Shown here piece after piece: positions 9,466 to 21,759 of a stretch of 64,000 bases of DNA. The stretch is taken from contig OZ296651.1 of assembly GCA_965655095.1 (NCBI GenBank), forward strand, positions 87,544,001-87,608,000, written 5' to 3'. Under the pieces are notes generated by a model. It did no database searches. It was not told where the DNA came from and saw only the letters and a list, made by a program, of their open reading frames with translations. The translations under genes were made by a program, and so were the position numbers. The DNA comes from Haplodiscus bocki (taxonomy: Eukaryota). The stretch's first letter is position 1. Each line of letters begins with the position of its first letter.

Positions 9466-12270
9466 TTGTCTGGGAAGTATAAGAAGACGCTGTCCTTCGT
9501 TCACATGAACTTTCAATGTATACCGAAAAAACACAAGCAGTCGGAATCTTTTGTAAATTACATTAAAGAATGTGGTATGATTGATATCTCTGAAGCTTGG
9601 CTTACGCTTGATGCTGCTTTGCTGCTTTATCTAAATGAAGCATCTTTTCTTCAACCTAAAAAACGTTTAGAAGTGATAGAAATCTAAACCTTGAAAAAAA
9701 AGAAGATTGGGAGAGTCAGGTTGTTTGTCCCTTTAAGACTCGCACCGACAGAACGAAAAAATTTGAATATTTTTGATGAACCCAATTTTGAGTCTGAATG
9801 GTTTGAATGCCGTGATAATTTTTCCAATAATGTAGGTCAAAAATGCTTCTGAAGATAGCGAGTAATCCTCTGAAAACTCACCAATATTATTTTCTCAGAC
9901 ACTTAGAACTATTGTTGAGTGATATTGATAAAAGTATCTGCAACTCGTTGCCAATTACTTTGATGGGTGACTGGAAATTAGATTTTTCCACAACTCTTGA
10001 ACGGGAAAATTTAGAAATGGTAAGTTTGACCTGCGGTTTTTCAGTACCTGGTCACACTTTGCCAACACGCATATACAAAACTACGAAAATGCACATTGAT
10101 TAAAATCCAGCGCAAACTATAGCGAAGGAGAAAAACTTTGCCTCAAACAATCTTTACCAAAACCCACATCACTTCGTTTGTTCTTCATTTTTTGACATCA
10201 CTGTTGAAAAACGAAGTCGCATCATACTTCGCAGATTGGACAAGAAAAACTTTGACGAAATCGGTTTGCTTGGCGAAACATTGTCAGAGCTCTCATGGTT
10301 TGAAGTATATCAGTATTCAACTCCCAGTGATATGTTTGATATGTTTGTGACTTTGCTGTCTAGTGCTGTGGAAAAGCGTAATTCACTCAAACAGGTCTGC
10401 ATTAACTAGAAAACTGCGAAGTTTTTTGGGGAAACCTGGTCCGATCATGAGAGCGAAATCTTGCTGGTTGATTGCCAACTCGACTATAAAAAGTACCGCT
10501 AAAATTCCTCTGCTGAAGATTAGTCTGCTTTCAGCAGGAGCCGATTGAAACAAGCAAATGTTTTAAAAGATAAGCAGGAGTCATTCTCCCGAGAAGATTT
10601 TTCCTCCGTTTTCTCTGCGAACAGCCGGTGGAAATTTATTAGAAGCGTCAGAGGGAGGAATCTCCTTTCAGGTACTCTCACAGCCGTGTGAAATTCGTTT
10701 AGTCAGTTGAAAGTTGATAATAAAAAATTGCCGAACACTTCAAGTACGTTTTCTCCATTCTATGAAAGTACTTTAGCGAATATATTGAGAAGCTCCTCTT
10801 TTTTCAGCTGATTGTGCTTCTTTTTGTTTTTCGGCCGTATGAGGGACAGATTGTTTCGATATCATTATTGACTTGAACCGTGATAAATGGATCCTTCTGA
10901 TTTTCCCACTGGGCAAATTATGACGGTAAGCAAATCCTTGATCCTTATCTAACTTTCACTATAAACGGATGAATTAAAAACAGCAGCTTGTGGCAAAGCT
11001 AAAAAGAGCAATCAAAACACCGATTTATGAATAAATGTGGTTGGTGTTCCACATGCAAAAAACTATCGTCAGGTTTCGATTACTACATCCTACTCATTGA
11101 GCGTACTTTACATAGACAAATAACAAGCTATGTTGAAATTATTAGAATCCTTACAACATTGCAAATTGGATTTAGGAGTAGGAACTCATGACAAGATGCC
11201 GTTCTTTAGTTTATTGAAACACTTCGTCATGAGATAGAAAACAGCAACTTAGATTGTGCTATGCTTTTGGACTTATCTAAAGCTTTTGACTCATTATGAC
11301 ATCAAACTCTTCTGAAAAAAAAAACGAAATTTTGGAAATTTTTTCAGTCGGCTGTTGAATGCACTGAGAGTTTCTCAACGATGAGATTACAGCAAGTTAC
11401 AGTAAGTGAAAAGGTCTCCAATTGGATTGAGTTGAAACAAAGTGTTCCTCAAAGACATGTGCTGGGGTCACTGCTGTTCAACTTATACAATACTGACCTC
11501 TCGAATCACATCAGTGAAGTTTCTCAAATAATAGAGTATGCTGACGACTGGTGGCCCTTTTGCAGTGATAGTGAACAAGAGAATGCCTTTAACCGCTTAC
11601 AGGAAAGTATAGTAAAACTGGAAAAATACTTTTCTCTAAATCGATTGATTTTGAACGACATTAAAACAGGAATCATCAATTTTTCGCGTAAGATTGATAA
11701 ACATCTACTGCACTCTAAAATAATTTTAGTAGGTTCATCGAAATTTGAAAAGTCGAATCAATATAACTACCTTGGTGTAACCGTTGACGAGCAGCTAGAT
11801 GTCCAGACTGAAAACAAAACGGTGTTGAAAAAAACGGCTGCGGGAGTAACAACTATCGTATCTACACTTCTTAAATTTCTAACAACATTCCTTCTCAGGT
11901 TTTTTCACGCTCTTGATAAGGGTCCATTCAAATATTCTGCTCTACTTCTGCTACAAAGTACCTCACCGATGATATTTTGATTAGAAAGGGAGATAAATTG
12001 GGCTTAAGAGTCTGGTAATTTTTAGTCCAGTTCTTAGAGTTCATTTGACTTGAGAAAACAGAAAAGTTTATGTGACGTTTGGCAACATTTGAAACTGAAG
12101 TCAACGACCTATTTTTTCATTGAACGAACAACAAAAAAAAACATTTATGGCCAGAATAATGTTAACCACGGCAAACATCCCAATGAAAAACCGCTCGAAA
12201 AAAAACTTTTCTTTTCAACAATGTATCATCTGCTTCAAAATTCTCCTTATCCTTCTTTCACCACGTTTCC
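9466..12270 (+). pseudogene. LINE ORF2 (AP endonuclease + reverse transcriptase), many stops and frameshifts
   Basis: SFVHMN, ISEAWL, LMGDW, PTRI..HID (endonuclease); NYRQVS, LDLSKAFD, SVPQRHVLGSLLFNLY, YADD, YLGV (RT). Confidence 0.9.
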
Positions 12271-12556
12271 CTGAAGTGGAAATCAGTGCCCTTAGGCATG
12301 CGAGATACAAGCGTAAGTTTTCAGGTTTTTGAAAGTATACTGACAAAATTCCTTTTCTAACACAGTCTAACACAGTTTCTAAAAGAAAGTCTACAACAGT
12401 TCTTGTAGATTTAGCCAAAACTCAACGTCTTTTCTGCTGCAAATATCTAATGCCCTTGTAATGTTTTGAAAAAATCATTTTTAATTGATGCATAGAACAG
12501 TCATACTTTATTGTATTTTTAGTGGCAGCTATCCGAAAACAAATTTTACAGTGTTA

Positions 12557-12854
12557 TGTGATATACACACAAATTAGAGAAGAAGTCCTGAAAATGTATC
12601 GGACAAGAGCTCAATTTGTATGTAGGTCTTATTTATGACTTCTTTAGAAGTTTTGATTTAGATATCAACTTAGATTTGACGCAATATCCAAGTAAAGAAT
12701 GGTTGTGTTGTCTTCAGGAATCTTAGAAATCGTTAACGTACGCAAAGTAGTGAATTAACATCAAGTTATGCAAGTCTAGATAAGGCTTCCCTTCCGTCGT
12801 AGTATTAACTTCAAAAATAACCCACACAAACAAGTTTTTATGAAAGTTGTAACT
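12557..12854 (+). repeat. 5' LTR of giant Gypsy element
   Basis: Aligns along its length with 29137-29433 (e.g. AAATCGTTAACGTACGCAAAGTA; GATTTAGAwATCAACTTAGA), roughly 70-75% by eye. Confidence 0.88.
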
Positions 12855-12857
12855 TTT

Positions 12858-12870
12858 TGGTGCGGCGTTA
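12858..12870 (+). other. Primer binding site TGGTGCGGCGTTA
   Basis: TGG-starting motif 3 nt after the 5' LTR end; cognate tRNA not identified. Confidence 0.6.
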
Positions 12871-15449
12871 TTGAAAATTAATCCTCGTCAGTCTTCTCGG
12901 ACTTCACTCTCAAAACTTTCTCCCACTCGTTCTTCTTCTATTTTACATTCTTATGCCTCTTTTCAGTTTTCAGACGTTTATTCAAAAAAAATTCAAACGT
13001 TAACTGAACAACTCCTTCAAATTTCGTTCAGTCGGTTCGATTCCAAACTTCCAGTCTTTTGGACTTTAAACTTCGACAGTTGTTTTGACTAGAGACTTGG
13101 CCATAATTTTACATTTTTGCCCGCCGTCAGTCCTAGTGACTGAATCCCACCTCGACCCTAATTATAATCCACTCTAGTCCGTATATTAGATTCTGAGTTT
13201 AGAATGTTCTAGTCTTCGGGCAGCAATCATTTTCTACCATTTTGTTCCGCCTTATCGTTCACACTTTGAAATATTAGAATTTCCGTTTACGTCGACTTTT
13301 TATCAACACTATCTCTGAAGATTTTCATAATTCACTTCTGCAAGTAATCATTCTTTATCTGAACCTTTTATTACCATTTCCACTGATTCTTTTCCATACA
13401 GTTTATACACTAAACTGTGTAACTTCTACTTAGCAAATTTCATTGCTATTTTCTGATCATATGAGTTCTTTTCATCGAGAAAACCTACTCTACTCTCGAA
13501 ATGATCTAACTTTTTCTGTTTTACAGACTTTCCTTGTAGGTAGTTTCCTATTCTGTGGCTCTCCGCTAGATACTGAACTTCGTTCTATCTATTGAAGTTC
13601 TCTTGTCTTGCAAAACGTAAAAAGAAAATCTTGCGATCAGCATTGATCAGACAATGTGCGCGAACGTTGATTTTTCAGAACTTTGCACGGAATTGTTTTT
13701 TTTTGAATTTCACTAACATTCCTCTGATTGAACGCAATTTTGAAACTTTTCATGACTTTTGCAAACAACTTTGTGCTTGAACCCAAACTATTCATCTTCA
13801 ATGCTTCAAACCCTCATCGTATTCGTTTTATTGATTCTTGACTGTTAGAATTGTAGTTACTTATAAAACAATCTGAACGTTTTTTCATTTATTTCTCTGC
13901 AAAGAATTGTGTTAGCATCTCTTATACTGAGCTCTGAGGTCTTTCGGATTCCAATATTTCCCATTCCAATCTGAAACAATTATGAAATCATGTCAAAGAG
14001 ACACAGAACTGTTGATTCACCTTCAGAAGTTCCTTCAGAAAAGAAAATGAAAGAAACTAACAAGCAAGTTGAGAATCATACTGAGAGTTTCTTCAAGATC
14101 AAACATCTGTAGAACCAAAAACAAACCCGGCTGAAAGTACACAACAAAATGAACGGCAAATTTTGGTACATTTTCGTTCTGACATATATACTGCCCAAAT
14201 AAAGAATTCATCTGTAGAATTAACAAACCTCTGAAGTTTTCTCATTAGAGCACACTCAAGCTGAAAATGAACGTTAACGATTAAAACATCAACGAAGAAT
14301 TGAAACTGAAGATCATTTTTCACGAAAACTTGAACTGGGACGTAATCAATTGATACAACAATTGAATCAACCTGATAACGAAATCCAACAAGATAAGACT
14401 AATTCTGGAAAATAACAAAACTATACCTCCAACTTCGAAGAAGATATCACCACAGCAAGTTGCCAGACCCAATTTTTTTTTCTTATCCCATTCGTGTTTC
14501 ATATAAGTACAGAAAGGGAAAACCGAGCGGTTTTTTTGGATGTTATTTGCTTTACACTAAATGCCATGAAAAATTCAACAATTTCTGTAACTTTTCAAAA
14601 AACACTGTAAAAATTTTATTCAATTCCTCTGATTACAGAACAGCATGATTTTTTTTGTTGTTGTAGGTTCATTATAAATCTTGTGAATCGAGTTCCGCTG
14701 ATATACCTTTCACTGTAGTTTTTATCTCAGTTAACAACATTAACACTGCAATCTATTCGAAGACAATAAATCAAAAAGATAATTTTTTACCAATTCACGT
14801 TGTGTTCGTACATTTTATGATTAAACTGCAAGAAGCTAATGAAGTTCTATGACAACCAGTAATTGTTTTCTTTGTCATCGATGAATTCCGTAACAAACAA
14901 CACTTTTTTGAAACTTCCGATATGGATAAATTTTAAAAAAAAACATAATAATTCACACCACTGGCTTCTGCAATACCATCAAACGAATGCTGTCCAAGTT
15001 ATGCTCTTTTCCAACTAACTGTTTTAGACACCGTAAAAAAACCACAAATTGAATTTTAATTTTCATTTCTGAGAATATTCTCCCTATTTAAATATCAAAC
15101 TATTTTAAAAATTTTAGATCGAAGCTGTTTTAAAAACTTTTCAAATCTTTTCACTGAACTTAGTTTACTTCCAATCTTGACTAAAAATGAAAATGTTCAT
15201 CCAAATAATCCTAATTCACTCCAAATCAATACTGAAAGCACTTTCCAACTAAATTTTCTACCCAATGTGATACACAAGCTACCACTGCAAATAGACCTAT
15301 TGATCATACTATTGTTGATTCTTTTGGTGACCAGTTGATCATAAGCAAATTCCTCTGAACATCATTGAAAAATTTTCGAAATTGATGAAAGAATTTGACG
15401 TTATTACGCATACCACTAAAATGACGAATGCAAAAACTTCAACAAGTTG

Positions 15450-18400
15450 GTTTTACAGTATGTATTTTCACTCGCAAAAAAAACTGAGTCAAAATTACAT
15501 TCAAGACTGCAAATTGCTTTTCTAATGGATATTGGTGCATCTAATTCAGTACCTAAAATAATAACATGTAAGATAATCACTCTAATGTTCAAAATTTTTA
15601 TTCATGGTCAACATGATACAACCAAAACGTTGACTAATGCAAATCAATCTGAAGTTCCAGTTAAACAATTTATCTCTGTAACTTGTTTCTCATAAAAAAA
15701 CGAAAACAAGATGTTTCAAGCTTCCTTCCAGTGTAGCTGATATTGAAAATGATATTCCGGAACTCCATTGTTTAATAAAAACCTACAACTTATCGAAAGT
15801 CCACCAAGAAATTCAAACCTTCTTCCATTGATCAAACCATAATTGCTTCCTTTACCAGGATGATTGAAAAAAATCCCAAATTTTTATCTATTTGGCAATT
15901 AAAATCAAAACAACAAATTATATTAAACCTAAAATTGTTCAAACATTACATTTCCATCTGAGAAATGCACAGACTTTATTGCTTGAAACTAAAAAAACTT
16001 GAACCATTTTTTGCTGACATGCCCCAAACTCAATTTCTGTCAAAACTGAATTGTTATTTTACCTTTAAGGAAATTTTAATGAAGGACTCCGAAAATTCGT
16101 GCTCAGTGGTAAATAAAATCAATACAGTGCATATGGCTACGCTTCCAACTCGAATATTAAGTTTCATAGAATTTCTCACTACCACTGTGAAACTATCTCA
16201 AAATAGATATAATGATTGAAACACACAGAGTCATTCGGTAGCTTTTACCTACTACCCTGAAAAAACTGAACCAAGAAGTGCTTTTCATCAAGTTTCGAAA
16301 CAAAAAAACAATTCTTTCGAAATTAATCATATTGATCTGTGAGAAGGCGCCTTAAATAAAAACTTTGTCTGTAAAATACAGCTGTCTCCAATTTTAGCTC
16401 CGCCAGTATTTCCATCTTTACTACACTCTATAGAAAACTTGCAACTCCTGAAAAAAATTCATTTTGAACATGCTGATCATAAAAACTCTGAAAATATTCA
16501 ACTCTGCAAAAAATAATGTTGAAAATAAACGCTGTTATCCTACACAATTACAGAGGTCGGAAAATTTTCCACTCCATTTAAAAAAAGACTGAACCTTGAT
16601 GCTAAACTGCGAAAACAAAGACGCACCAAAATTGCTATTCATTATCAAGAAAAACTGAATATTTTACTGGATGGTCTGCCAAAAATGAAATAAAAAAGGA
16701 TTTAGCTTGACACCTGCTGAAAAACCAGAGTATAGAATTAATTTTTTGAACGCATTCATTGCCACAAAAAAGAATAGTCCCAATAAAAATGTTGAAAATT
16801 AGACATCTCAACTCAAACAATGATCAGTCATCTGAACCTTGGCCGCTGGAAGCTTTAGCAACTCGGCTGGCGAGGGAAAATTAAAAATAAACATCTTGAA
16901 TTGACCTTTGTATGCATATGCACAAGCTACCTAAGATGAGGGAAATGGTAACTTAATTGGATTTTCAACTGGTTATAAGCTTTTTGCGTTTGTGGACCTA
17001 AAGTTCTTCCAAAGTTTTGAACACAACAAATGTCTCTTTTCTACAAAGACGTGGTCCGTCAAGGTTCACCGCTGGCTTATATTGATGCTATCATGCTGAT
17101 GTCAAAGTCCAAACCACCTATGCTGCAACTTGTCATACAACTTCATGATTTTGTTAATAAAGAAAAACTGATGTTAGCTCCTGAAAAATCTTCCTTCATG
17201 CTTCTGACTGTAAAACATCAGGGTCAAGAAATTGGCTTGAACGCAAAAAAACCAAGGCAATCCAAACTAGCTTATATTCAGAGAATTCCCTCTGCGACCA
17301 CAAAAATTGAACAGACAACGTTCATTGGCTCAATGAAATTCTAGTTTTTGGTCTGAGTTTTTTATTTTTTGATATACTTGATGTTAATATGAAGCCTCTT
17401 GTGTTTACTCCAATAAAAGTGTTCTTTTCACTAGAACAGGGAATTGGACACACTGTTTTAGCAAACAAAACATCTCTTACAAAACATGTTAATCTGACCG
17501 TACTCAATAAAAGGCATCCCTTCTTTATTACAGTAGATTCTCCTTTGTTTGGTATAGGCTGTGTCCTGTTCCTGAGTGAACGGTGAAGAAAAATGGGATA
17601 TTGTTCCATGCATTTCTCATATTTTAATCACTAATGAACAAAAACTCTATCTTAAATTTCTTGAACTTTTCAGAATAATATATTCACAAACTTTATAAGA
17701 ACATATTTTTTATTGTCTCTGATCATTTCACTAATGTTTTGAAGGATAACCAACCAAATGTTAGCTGTTTCACCAACAAAAGAAACCTTTTTCCTATACT
17801 TTACACTGCGTAAAAGAAATTAACCAAATTTCGAAGACCTTGTAATTCTTTAAGGAATAAAAAGATCTCTGTAGCTGATACGCTAAGCCGTTCTTTTACT
17901 CAAAAAGACTGCAACTGAATCAAGTAAAACATAAACAATTACATTTTCAAAGTGTTCTTGAAACACTGATTCATGACAACCCAATCAAACCTGCACAAAA
18001 TTTGGTCAAACATGACTCTGTACTTCCTTCACAAAGGACAGTTGTTGTCCCATTTTTAGCTGATTTCCTCAAAGAGCCATCCTCCGTTGGTAATATTGGC
18101 AATGGGGAAAACATTATAATCAAACCACTGGATTTTTTCAAATTTGAAGCTGCCAAACCATTCCAAAGCCAAAACAGATTTAAAAAACAGTCAAGAAAAA
18201 CACCAAAATTTTGCTACAAAAATCTACAATTTTGGAAGATACTGATATCACTGATGATGATGATCCTATGGAAAAAAATACCACAAGATAATGATTTTGT
18301 GCCCTAATTCATCATTAGATAAGAACCCATTTACCTCTGAAAAACAAAAAAGAGTATGAAAACGAAAATTTACAACTGCAAGCTATTCATGAAACATCTC

Positions 18401-19900
18401 TCCTCATTCCAACAAACACCTAAATTTATTGAATTATTCTTACCTCCTGATACTCCATGGAACATTGAAACAAAGCCGATCTAACAGAAAAACGATCCTA
18501 TTCTGAATGTTGTATATGAATGGATCACCGAAAATTGACGTCCTGTGACAAAAACACATAATAATATTGCTAGTGTTTTCTTGCTAGAAAATTATCGATT
18601 ATTTCTAAACCTGTATTTTGATGAAAACACTAAACTGATAACTATTGGAAACCAACTTCTGAAAATTATTGATAAGTTCCACAGTACATTCATGGTAACT
18701 TCTAGTCTCAAAATTCTCGCTTAAGCTAGTCACTGACTTTACATTACTATGCGTTTGATAAAGTTCATGAACACTCTCATTATGGTCCGCATATTGTACA
18801 AAACAATTTTTTTGATTAACATTGTATTCCACTTCTGCAAAAATGGCAATCATTTTTGATTCACGACCGTATTGATTGTCAACTGCATAAACACAAAACA
18901 AATGAAACGAATGAAAGCTGCAAGCCTACCATTCTGGATTTGTCAACTTTTTTTAAGCATAGTATCTCTATGTATGGACACTAAGAGTCCAATAAACCAC
19001 AATTCTGAGGAAAACCATTAAACTTTTGTATTTGGTGACCTTTTCAGCAAGTACATTGTAACTGTACCACCTCCAAAAAATATTGCTCGCTACGCTGTAA
19101 ACCTAATGTTTCAACACTGGATTTCAAAATTTCGTCCTTTTCAATATCTAATTACAGGGAGAAGGACTGAATTTTTGCACTCTGGAAGAGCAAGTTGCTG
19201 TACTTGATTTAAAACTCGTCTTCTTGAAAGGAATTTTTATGCTGCTGGAACAAATGAATCTGTTGAAGCACAAAACAAAAATCTTGGAACTAACCTACAA
19301 ATGTTTACACATGATACTCCAGAAAACTGGTCCATTCATGTTTGATGTTTAGCTTAAGCTCATGTTTTTTTAAAATCTATCACATCTACATACTTCACAA
19401 TATGAAATAGTTTTTCATATGCAACCGCATATTCCACAGAATTTTCAAAGAAAAACTTTTTCGAAATCACTTTCGTCTTGGTACTGCAAAAATCTGTTCC
19501 GATTTTGCTTCTCATTTTCAATACCATTGAAATGATATAGATCCGTTGAGTTATAGCATCATGATAAAACCCATTTTTTTTGGTTTTTGCCCATGAAACA
19601 GAAATGCTGCAAAGTTTTTCATAGGTGTATCAAAACGCTCTAAAAAATCCTCTCGCCTTTGCAATTCAAAACACACCCAATGTTGATAAAGCATTGCCGC
19701 TGGATTTGTCTGTTTTACATCAAACTTTTGATGGTGTTCAGTTTTTGGATAAAAAGAGACGACTTCGTAAAGGTCCTTTCAAAAATTCTTACAAGCCTAC
19801 GGACGTCAGGTATGAACTTCTGACAGAAGATGCAAAAACGTATCATAAACATAGACAACATTTGATTCCACTTTAATCCAAGAAATTTTACAACTTTTTC
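15450..19900 (+). pseudogene. pol: Gypsy pol (protease, RT, RNase H, integrase)
   Basis: FLMDIGASNSV (protease DTGA-like, ~15520), LAYIDAIMLM (YIDD-like, ~17080), FFITVDSPLFGIGCVL (RNase H), MDTKSP / DLFSKYIVTV (integrase core, ~18975-19065), KGPF (GPY/F, ~19770). Confidence 0.9.
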
Positions 19901-20664
19901 ACTTTTACTTATACGATGAACAAAACCTGGGAAGATTCCACGATTGTGATTCATCTGACAAGTTTCAAAATGACTTATACACTTCATATGATATTTATGA
20001 TTTGGATGAGAATGTTCTTATTGATGACCGATTCCGGAATTACAATGATGATGAACCAGTTTTGTTTGATATTCAGCTTTACAAAGCTGAAGTAACTCAA
20101 ATGATAAAATTTCTCATACACAGGGATCAAAATTTGATTCTGAAAATTTGCATTACAAACCAGGCTCTTCGAATTTTCAATCCTAAAAAACATTCCCTGA
20201 ATTACTTGAGCTTCCCGACACCGATACCGTTTATAACTCCTCCACATCATTTGCTGACAAATGCAGTTTCTCTCGGCGCTTTAACCAAGCAGAAGCCTCC
20301 AACAGAAATACTCGAACCAATTATGAGCTACGACCGCTACCTAAAAAAACTCATTATTTTTCCAGTCCTTCAATTTCCTCCTCGCATAAATCATCAATTT
20401 TACCAAATTTAAATTGAAGAAACTTGCTCATGGAAATTGAAATTGCTGATAGAAAGCCTATGGAAACATCCACAAAAGCCTTTGTCTTGTTCATCATAGA
20501 TTTTATATGTTGTATTTTGACTTTGAGACTCTGCTATTCATTCTGGGAAGAAAATCAAAATCCCGAAATTGAAGAGTTCTCGCTCTTGAAATTAAAATTG
20601 AAAAAATTGGAACAATTACCACGGTAGTATATTTAAAATGGAATCAGTTTGAGGTATTTCAAAA

Positions 20665-21750
20665 ATGACAACTCGGATTGAATTACTTGAAGAAGCAGTT
20701 CAATATTTTAAACCAATAAACACTACAACTAATATTTACTTATCTGATACTGACGTAGTTCTGGATTCATCTTCGGATTCAACAGAGAAGAAACACCTTC
20801 CACTACTCCACCAGTTTCTGAAAAAAAGCTCAAAATTTATAGATCTACTGTTTAAACACCAAGCAAATCTCAGAAAAAGTTTTCTTCTCCCGAAAACTTA
20901 ATTAATGCTACTGTAACTGTTCAAAAACCTCCTTTTTCACCATTACCGGTAGCTCTGGCTATCACCCCTTGACTTATCCTTTTCCCGGATACACCTGATA
21001 TAGATTTTCCTCCATATCCAATACCGCGTCCCTCTTCTACTAGAACAGTAGCTAGAAAATCAGAACCTTTCAACCACCGAAAGCCATTCGACGCTACACT
21101 CTGCGATGAACCTACGACTTCTGTTATGCATGACAAAATTTCTGAACCATCTAATTTTTTCAGTCCATCTGATCTTAGAACTGCTTTTGATGTTTGCACT
21201 GAACCATGATATCTGCTATGTCCAAAACTGTCTTCGAGTTTATACTCTGAATCTTCTGTTGATGATTCTCTTAATTGTGAATCCAAAGTTTCATCAATTA
21301 TTACATTAACATCCTCTTCTCACACACAAGCCCATTTTTATAACCTGAGATCAATACCGATGCAAACATTGTGTTTTTTTAGCTAAAGATCAACAACAAA
21401 GTCAATTTCTGCAAATTTGCATCAACATGCACAACCTCATTCATCTACCTCGGAAAATCTTCCTTCCTATCTTTCTGATCCTCCACTTTCACTGAAACTA
21501 TTTTCTGGTTTGGAGTACTTTTAGTGTGCACTCACACCCAGGATCCTTTCATCTAACTGGAAACCAAGAGTCAGTCTCTTCCTTGAGTGCTATTAATACT
21601 GCTGATTTTCCATATCATTCGCTAGAAAAAAATTCTAGCTCTCCTACAATTGATCCCCATCATTATCCACCGAGACCTGATAATCAAATATTTTATCATC
21701 TCAGACAAGGATATCGTATTTTTTCTCTAAAAAAGAATAAACAATAGCTT
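20665..21750 (+). pseudogene. Ser/Pro/Thr-rich ORF remnant between pol and the glycoprotein
   Basis: MTTRIELLEEA... continues through frameshifts as low-complexity S/P/T-rich sequence (KPPFSPLP, DFPPYPIPRPSS); may be the N-terminus of the env ORF. Confidence 0.4.
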
Positions 21751-21759
21751 TCAATGTTC

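Larger units (their letters stand above)
8480..12556 (+). mobile_element. Degenerate CR1/L2-group LINE (ORF1 + APE-RT ORF2); ends approximate
   Basis: ORF1, endonuclease and RT motifs in canonical order on + strand. Confidence 0.85.

Noticed and set aside
12721-12854. Very short (~130 bp) LTRs for the giant element
   Set aside because: Homology extends ~165 bp further upstream to TG starts at 12557/29137, where the GTTA TSD is found.
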